IMG/VR virus record: IMGVR_UViG_3300030098_004740
Location: 1 to 64,000 of that record
DNA: 64,000 nucleotides
Direction: 5' to 3' (one strand)
From: a virus
Part shown: positions 59,030 through 64,000 of the stretch, piece after piece
Numbering within the stretch: the first letter of the stretch is position 1
How the letters are laid out: each line of letters opens with the position of its first letter
Program-made: the position numbers and the translations under genes
Notes under the pieces: generated by a model
Database searches by the model: none
What the model was told of the DNA's origin: nothing
Seen by the model: only the letters and a program-made list of their open reading frames with translations

Positions 59030-60052
59030 TTAGCCTCTATAAATGAATTGCGAAGATATTTCTAAAGTCCGATTCCAACTGTCAACAAATTTTGAAGTAG
59101 AATACTTTTCTGTAATTGTATTTCTTGCATTACTTCCTATTTTTTTTGCTAAGTCTTCGTTATTTAGAAGATCTACCAAATATTGTTTTAGCTCTTCTGG
59201 ATCATTACTAATAAACCCATTGACTCCGTTCTCTATTATTTCCGGTATCATGCATGTTGCAGTGGTGACTACCGCACATCCACAAGACATAGCTTCCATA
59301 AGTGCTGTTGGAACTGGAGATATTGTTGAGGTATTAAGAAATATCCTACTGTTTTGGTAGGTGGCGACAAGCTCTTCAATTGAAGCAGCTGGTTTAGATA
59401 GACCCGGAGTATCGCCAACCACCTTGTGTGGTAAACCCTTTATTACATCTTGCCATAAACTAAATCCACAACACCAGTCTCTATTTACCCAATCATTTAC
59501 AACAGATAGAATTTCGTCGCTTCTATCTCCTTCTAAAGGGCAAAAAAGTTCAGTGTCTATGCCGTGAGTTATAACTTGTGTATCATCTTCAAGGTCGCGA
59601 TTATCCCAACCCCAAGCATTGATGCTGTAGTCTGATATAAAAACATTTACATGACCTCTCATTTCCCTTAGTTGATAAAGCATAGATTCACCCCAAGCAG
59701 GCATTGGCAATGTATGCTCTAGACTTACCAAAGGAAGGTGAAACTTAGTCGCAAGTTCTTTTGCAATTTGGAATTGACCAAACTTGTTCTGAGAAAGAAT
59801 TAAATCAAAATCCACATAGTCGGGTATTTGAGCTTCTCCTAAAGCCGGATCTAACAAAATATAGTTACTGGGAAGTTTAGCGTATGTTTCGTTCCAGTCT
59901 TTTATTCCCTCTGCTCTATAAGAATAGAAATTATGACCAGTCTTACACAGCATAGTTTCATATCGTTCATGAGTTGGGAACGTTAATATATTCAATTTTT
60001 CTACCGGAGTTCTTGTAGCTCCTCTAATAATGGAAGACATCTTAGTTGGCAT
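59030..60052 (-). CDS. GT4 glycosyltransferase
   Basis: HGIDTELF, PTALMEAMSCGCAVV, ENGVNGF. Confidence 0.9.
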   Translation of the reverse strand: MPTKMSSIIRGATRTPVEKLNILTFPTHERYETMLCKTGHNFYSYRAEGIKDWNETYAKLPSNYILLDPALGEAQIPDYVDFDLILSQNKFGQFQIAKELATKFHLPLVSLEHTLPMPAWGESMLYQLREMRGHVNVFISDYSINAWGWDNRDLEDDTQVITHGIDTELFCPLEGDRSDEILSVVNDWVNRDWCCGFSLWQDVIKGLPHKVVGDTPGLSKPAASIEELVATYQNSRIFLNTSTISPVPTALMEAMSCGCAVVTTATCMIPEIIENGVNGFISNDPEELKQYLVDLLNNEDLAKKIGSNARNTITEKYSTSKFVDSWNRTLEISSQFIYRG

Positions 60053-61157
60053 CTAACAACTCCTTGATAAGATTTCCAATGTTCAAGTGAGAGTAGCTAT
60101 AAGCCTGAGTTAGTCCTTCTGATTTCATATTGCTGAGACTGTCTTGATTCTCATAAACATGCCTCATGCTTTCCATCAAACCTCTGATGCTAACAGAACA
60201 CCAATCTTCATTGCATGTAAACAGCTTTTTGAAAGTTCTTGTCATGCCAAAGACAGGCTCCATAGTTCCCTCAACTAAAAAGCCACCATTCTTAATAAAA
60301 TCTTTCATGCCTCCTATGTTTGTACAAATAGGAGTTTTTCCAAAACCCATTGCATCAAATGCAGGAATACACCAAGCTTCTCCATAGCTTGGCATTACAA
60401 AACAATCTCCTGTTGCATGAAGCCTGCACATGTCTTCAGGACTTAGGTAGTCCGTAATCATCAAGTCTTCTTTGTATTCTTGAATGGTGCTGAATTTTTT
60501 TAATCCAGCCTTTATTGCGTTTGAAACATCCTTTAACTTGTTCGCAACTTCATCAGGTTTTAGACCATATTGACTCGTTTTTATAAGTAAAGAAACTGGC
60601 TCGCTTGGTTCAAATTCCATATGAAAAGCTTTAATTAAAGCTTCCAAATTTTTTCTTCTGTTTAGATCAGCTACTGTGTAGAAAACAAAAGAATCTTGCA
60701 GGTTGGGAATATGTATTTTTTCATAGGATCTTTCAAATTTTGAAAAATCTGTTGCATGAGGAACTACCTTTATTGGTATCGTTACTCCACTATCCCTCGA
60801 AGCTTTTACCATTTGGTCATTTATAACCCAAGCTTCATCCATCATATTGATTTTTCTAGCCCAGCCTGAGTCCTTGAAATTACTAGTCTCAGTAGCATAA
60901 AGAGCTATATTTTTCTTAAACTTTGGACTGTATTCCATTAAGTGAGGAAGGACATGCTGTATGCAGACATCTGCTCCGTATCCGCTATGTTCTTCTAGCT
61001 CTTCGATTCTTTCTGGAACATACCCGCTTGTATTGTCTAACCTTAATGGCCTTGGGACGACTTCTATGCCAGCTTTGTCCATTGAAAGCATATAGTCTAT
61101 AGCGGCATTGCCCCAACCTGTGCCATCTCGGTAACAACCTACATATAAAACTTTCAT
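60042..61157 (-). CDS. GT4 glycosyltransferase
   Basis: RKNLEALIKAF, FVMPSYGEAWCIPAFDAMGFG; start taken at MKVLY (TAATG coupling). Confidence 0.9.
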   Translation of the reverse strand: MKVLYVGCYRDGTGWGNAAIDYMLSMDKAGIEVVPRPLRLDNTSGYVPERIEELEEHSGYGADVCIQHVLPHLMEYSPKFKKNIALYATETSNFKDSGWARKINMMDEAWVINDQMVKASRDSGVTIPIKVVPHATDFSKFERSYEKIHIPNLQDSFVFYTVADLNRRKNLEALIKAFHMEFEPSEPVSLLIKTSQYGLKPDEVANKLKDVSNAIKAGLKKFSTIQEYKEDLMITDYLSPEDMCRLHATGDCFVMPSYGEAWCIPAFDAMGFGKTPICTNIGGMKDFIKNGGFLVEGTMEPVFGMTRTFKKLFTCNEDWCSVSIRGLMESMRHVYENQDSLSNMKSEGLTQAYSYSHLNIGNLIKELLDAN

Positions 61158-62788
61158 TATTTTATGTGCTGCTTTCTGAGCTTTTCCCAATCATTTCTTC
61201 TATTACAAAGACCTAGCATCATATTATACGCCTCGTCTTTTCCGAAAGGCTCGAATATAGGTCTAACAAATTTATATGAGTCTTCGTTTAGGTACATTTC
61301 GCCTGTACCATTTATATACATTCCGTAATTTAAGTCTCGAATCAATCTAGACTCAAAATAGGTGTTTAGTTTTTCAGGCTCACCTAGAACATTTACTATT
61401 AACCATCTAGCATATTCAGAAGATGACATCTCTGTTTTTGTCTGTGGTTGTGGTTGATGAAGCCGAGGAGAAGAACCCCAAGTTTGCTCAAAAGGTTTTA
61501 TATCAACTGAGTCAAAGTAGTCTTCCCATTTTTTTGCCGTCTTATCCCATTGATAATATTTTTCAAAGTTAAGGCGCGTATTTTTAGAAAGAGTATTTAT
61601 TTCTTGTTCTGATTTATTAAAGAACTCTTTCATTTTTTCAGCTGTGTAATCATTGTCTGGAACAGCTCTGTCACAACCAGTTTCTAATTCGCTATAAAGG
61701 GTTTTTACTTTTAAAGGTGTTCCTCCTAAATTTCTCACAACGCTAGACATGGCTGAGTAATCTATGCTCATCACAGGGACTCCACAAGCAGCTGCCTCAA
61801 CTTGCGGTAGTCCAAAACCTTCGCTATTAGCATATTGTATATATAAATCAAACATATTCATTATATTTGAGAGATATTCATACGAAGCTCCTTTTTGCAC
61901 GCTAGACAATCCAGCATTTGAACTTCCGCATATTTTGCACTTTCTCTGTGCGTCAGAGAAGAATGCAGGAAAGCTTTGATTACAAGTGTTACAAGTATAT
62001 GTAAAAAGAGTTTTACTAGCTATTTTGTATTTGTTAAGAAGTTTTGGTATATCCCAGCCTAAATCTGGGTAACTAGTGTGGCAATATAGATAAACATCTT
62101 TTCTTCCACTTATATCCAAAAACTTTCTGTAGGACTCAAAGAGGTCTGGAAATAGTTTCCTTCTTTGGTTTCTCATCACGGTTCCGACAAACTTAATATC
62201 GGAAGAAAACCCCATGTTTACCTTATGTTGACCTTTGTCTTGTACTGGTTGATAAGCTGCATCAGCAGATGGAGGAGCAGAGCCTAAACATTTGATATTA
62301 CCGTTAGACTCTTTTTCTAATACTTCATGACCCCATTGAGAGTAGTTAAAAACACCGTCTGCGTTACAAAATGTGGATAACCATTGTTCATTTTGAGGAG
62401 CAGCGTCTACGGTAGGCATTATCGCCCAATTAAAATATGGCCTAAAGGCAGACCTGTCTTGGTATTCAAACATCCAAAAGTCACGAATGTCACAGACGAT
62501 ATCTGGAAGAAAGTCAAGTAAAACCGACTCAAATTTCCATTCACCAAATTGGTTAGTGGGTATCTCGTCGTACTGTTGCTGTTGGCTGTCTTTTGTTGGT
62601 AGGTTTCCATAAAATTTCCAAGGAATGTCTACTCCTCGTGGATCTCCATCTTTTCCATAGCTTGCAAATTCTGCCATCTCATATTTTTGAGTAGCGTAGA
62701 GAACCTTCATTACTTCTCTTAGATACGTAGCGTATCCAGTGTTTAAATATGTGGCTTCCCCGCAAAAAAGTATTCTCTTTTTTCTCAT
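61157..62788 (-). CDS. GT4 glycosyltransferase with CxxC..CxxC insertion
   Basis: RNQRRK, SEGFGLPQVEAAACGVP; CNTC..CKIC. Confidence 0.9.
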   Translation of the reverse strand: MRKKRILFCGEATYLNTGYATYLREVMKVLYATQKYEMAEFASYGKDGDPRGVDIPWKFYGNLPTKDSQQQQYDEIPTNQFGEWKFESVLLDFLPDIVCDIRDFWMFEYQDRSAFRPYFNWAIMPTVDAAPQNEQWLSTFCNADGVFNYSQWGHEVLEKESNGNIKCLGSAPPSADAAYQPVQDKGQHKVNMGFSSDIKFVGTVMRNQRRKLFPDLFESYRKFLDISGRKDVYLYCHTSYPDLGWDIPKLLNKYKIASKTLFTYTCNTCNQSFPAFFSDAQRKCKICGSSNAGLSSVQKGASYEYLSNIMNMFDLYIQYANSEGFGLPQVEAAACGVPVMSIDYSAMSSVVRNLGGTPLKVKTLYSELETGCDRAVPDNDYTAEKMKEFFNKSEQEINTLSKNTRLNFEKYYQWDKTAKKWEDYFDSVDIKPFEQTWGSSPRLHQPQPQTKTEMSSSEYARWLIVNVLGEPEKLNTYFESRLIRDLNYGMYINGTGEMYLNEDSYKFVRPIFEPFGKDEAYNMMLGLCNRRNDWEKLRKQHIK

Positions 62789-63342
62789 AGATTTGTTTCT
62801 CTCAAAGACTTTATGATCACATCAATCTGTTTGATGACTTCTTGCTTTGTTATAGACATCAAATCAGCAATTTCAGCATTTGTATAATTTTGAGATTTTA
62901 GCTTAATTAAGAATACCTGCTTTTCAGTTAAAGAATCTGGCAGGCAATCTGATATTTTTTCTGAGATATTATAAGACTCTTCTACAACTTTTGCATATTC
63001 AAACGTTATAGAATCTTTTTTTTCATCTTTTTCTTTTAGGTTGTTTATAGCATTTCTTATACACACCGTGGCAAAAGTGCTAAACTTAGACCTCTCTGGA
63101 TCATGCTCTCTTATTGCTTTAAGAAGTCCTATCAATCCAACTTGTATATAGTCATCAAAATTTGAGTCGTTCAAAAAATAAAGAGCTTGAGATACAACTA
63201 ATCCATAATGATCATGAACCAGTTCTTCTTCAAGCTCTTTGTTTGTAATCGTCTTGTTTTTATATAAATTGCTCTTTTGGTTTTGAGTTAAAGAGCTTGA
63301 ATTCTTTAACTCTGAACTTTGTTGCGAACCTTTTGTTTCCAT
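62785..63342 (-). CDS. Phage-encoded sigma-70-family factor (FliA/SigF-like region 2 plus region 4 HTH); start uncertain
   Basis: DDYIQVGLIGLLKAI..DPERSKFSTFATVCIRNAI; LTEKQ..YTNAEIADLM. Confidence 0.85.
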   Translation of the reverse strand: METKGSQQSSELKNSSSLTQNQKSNLYKNKTITNKELEEELVHDHYGLVVSQALYFLNDSNFDDYIQVGLIGLLKAIREHDPERSKFSTFATVCIRNAINNLKEKDEKKDSITFEYAKVVEESYNISEKISDCLPDSLTEKQVFLIKLKSQNYTNAEIADLMSITKQEVIKQIDVIIKSLRETNL

Positions 63343-63610
63343 TTTTGTCAGTCCAAGAATTGTTTCTAGCAGAGGCCACTAGATCAATTATATCGCCTTT
63401 AGAGCAATGTTTGCCAATTGCATCACCCCCAGAGTCCCAAGCCTCAAAATCAAAGAAGTTAGTTGTCTTCTTTTTTTCGCCGCTTTTTTCTCTTCTATAT
63501 TCAGTTATAGCTAAAGTAAAGGTCCAAAGTCTGGTATTGTCAAATTCAACCATTTTTGGATCTTCTGTAAGTCTTCCAATAAATCGGCAGTAGTTTGAAA
63601 TAGTATTCAT
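63260..63610 (-). CDS. ssb: Single-stranded DNA-binding protein
   Basis: IGRLTEDP, FTLA, FFDFEAW, KGD, SWTDKNGNKR; start taken at MNTIS. Confidence 0.88.
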   Translation of the reverse strand: MNTISNYCRFIGRLTEDPKMVEFDNTRLWTFTLAITEYRREKSGEKKKTTNFFDFEAWDSGGDAIGKHCSKGDIIDLVASARNNSWTDKNGNKRFATKFRVKEFKLFNSKPKEQFI

Positions 63611-63656
63611 ATTTTTCCCTATCAGGTGTGGTGTCTTAACTATTTTAAGCGTTGGG

Positions 63657-63998
63657 TTAAGATAATTCAATAACGTCTTCTACTATGAATCCGTCGTCTA
63701 TTTGATTTCTTATATTTCTGGAATCTTGACCTTTTAATATCACGTTGTTGCCCTCATAAAGAACATTTTTAAACTTTTGCCAATTATCTGCAAATACGGT
63801 TATAGTATCTATAGTTCCAGTGTGATCTTCTGCACAAATGAAAGCCATCTCTACGCCTTTCATCTTTCCTCTTTTTGTCACATATTTTTTGACATCAGAT
63901 ATTGTCACAGCCATCTTGACATTCTTCCTCTTGCCAGAGGAAAATTCTTTGATTGTAGTGTTGGCTAGACTAGTGTTATAAGACTCAATTCTAGAATG
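63657..63998 (-). CDS. dnaE: C-terminal OB-fold of DNA polymerase III alpha (DnaE-like); gene runs off the window
   Basis: TKRG..G.EMAFI..ED.TG.ID.ITVF..W; frame is open to the window end. Confidence 0.7.
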   Translation of the reverse strand, partial: HSRIESYNTSLANTTIKEFSSGKRKNVKMAVTISDVKKYVTKRGKMKGVEMAFICAEDHTGTIDTITVFADNWQKFKNVLYEGNNVILKGQDSRNIRNQIDDGFIVEDVIELS

Positions 63999-64000
63999 AC

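Noticed and set aside
50573-62788. Bacterial O-antigen/capsule locus, meaning the window is host chromosome
   Set aside because: No wzx/wzy/ABC export genes, and the locus is continuous with phage-type annealase, endonuclease, SSB and virion genes in the same compact style
1-64000. Alternative genetic code, tRNA/rRNA genes, introns or inteins
   Set aside because: Standard code gives near-complete coding density; intergenic gaps are short with no cloverleaf seen; no intein terminal motifs recognised

Overview
AT-rich, densely coding 64-kb segment of a large tailed dsDNA bacteriophage. It is probably a long-tailed siphovirus-type: there is a tail tube gene and a 2522-aa tape measure protein but no recognisable sheath gene. 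The + strand (1-48.5 kb) starts with a modification cluster (radical SAM, TTL-like ATP-grasp ligase, sulfotransferase, glycosyltransferases, cytidylyltransferase). A virion morphogenesis operon follows: Ser-rich fibre, neck/adaptor proteins, S74-chaperone tail fibre, tail tube, tape measure, LamG protein and very large Cys-rich tail-tip proteins up to 3760 aa. After a bidirectional terminator, the - strand (48.5-64 kb) carries a Rad52/Sak-like annealase, a Vsr-like endonuclease, a ~12-kb glycan biosynthesis cluster, a sigma-70-family factor, SSB and the 3' end of a DnaE-type polymerase. Most notable observations: (1) a staphylococcal-nuclease-like domain with the catalytic residues retained, embedded in the tape measure protein between two repeated 'GGxVP..L.PGEFV' cassettes; (2) Ser-Gly/Ala-Ser-Gly enrichment in virion proteins alongside two glycosylation/sulfation clusters, suggesting a phage-encoded virion glycosylation system; (3) a small CxxxGGxW Cys module inserted many times into tail-tip proteins; (4) a shared GTGTATA motif upstream of structural genes, a candidate late promoter. 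All calls come from reading motifs by eye; no database searches were run.
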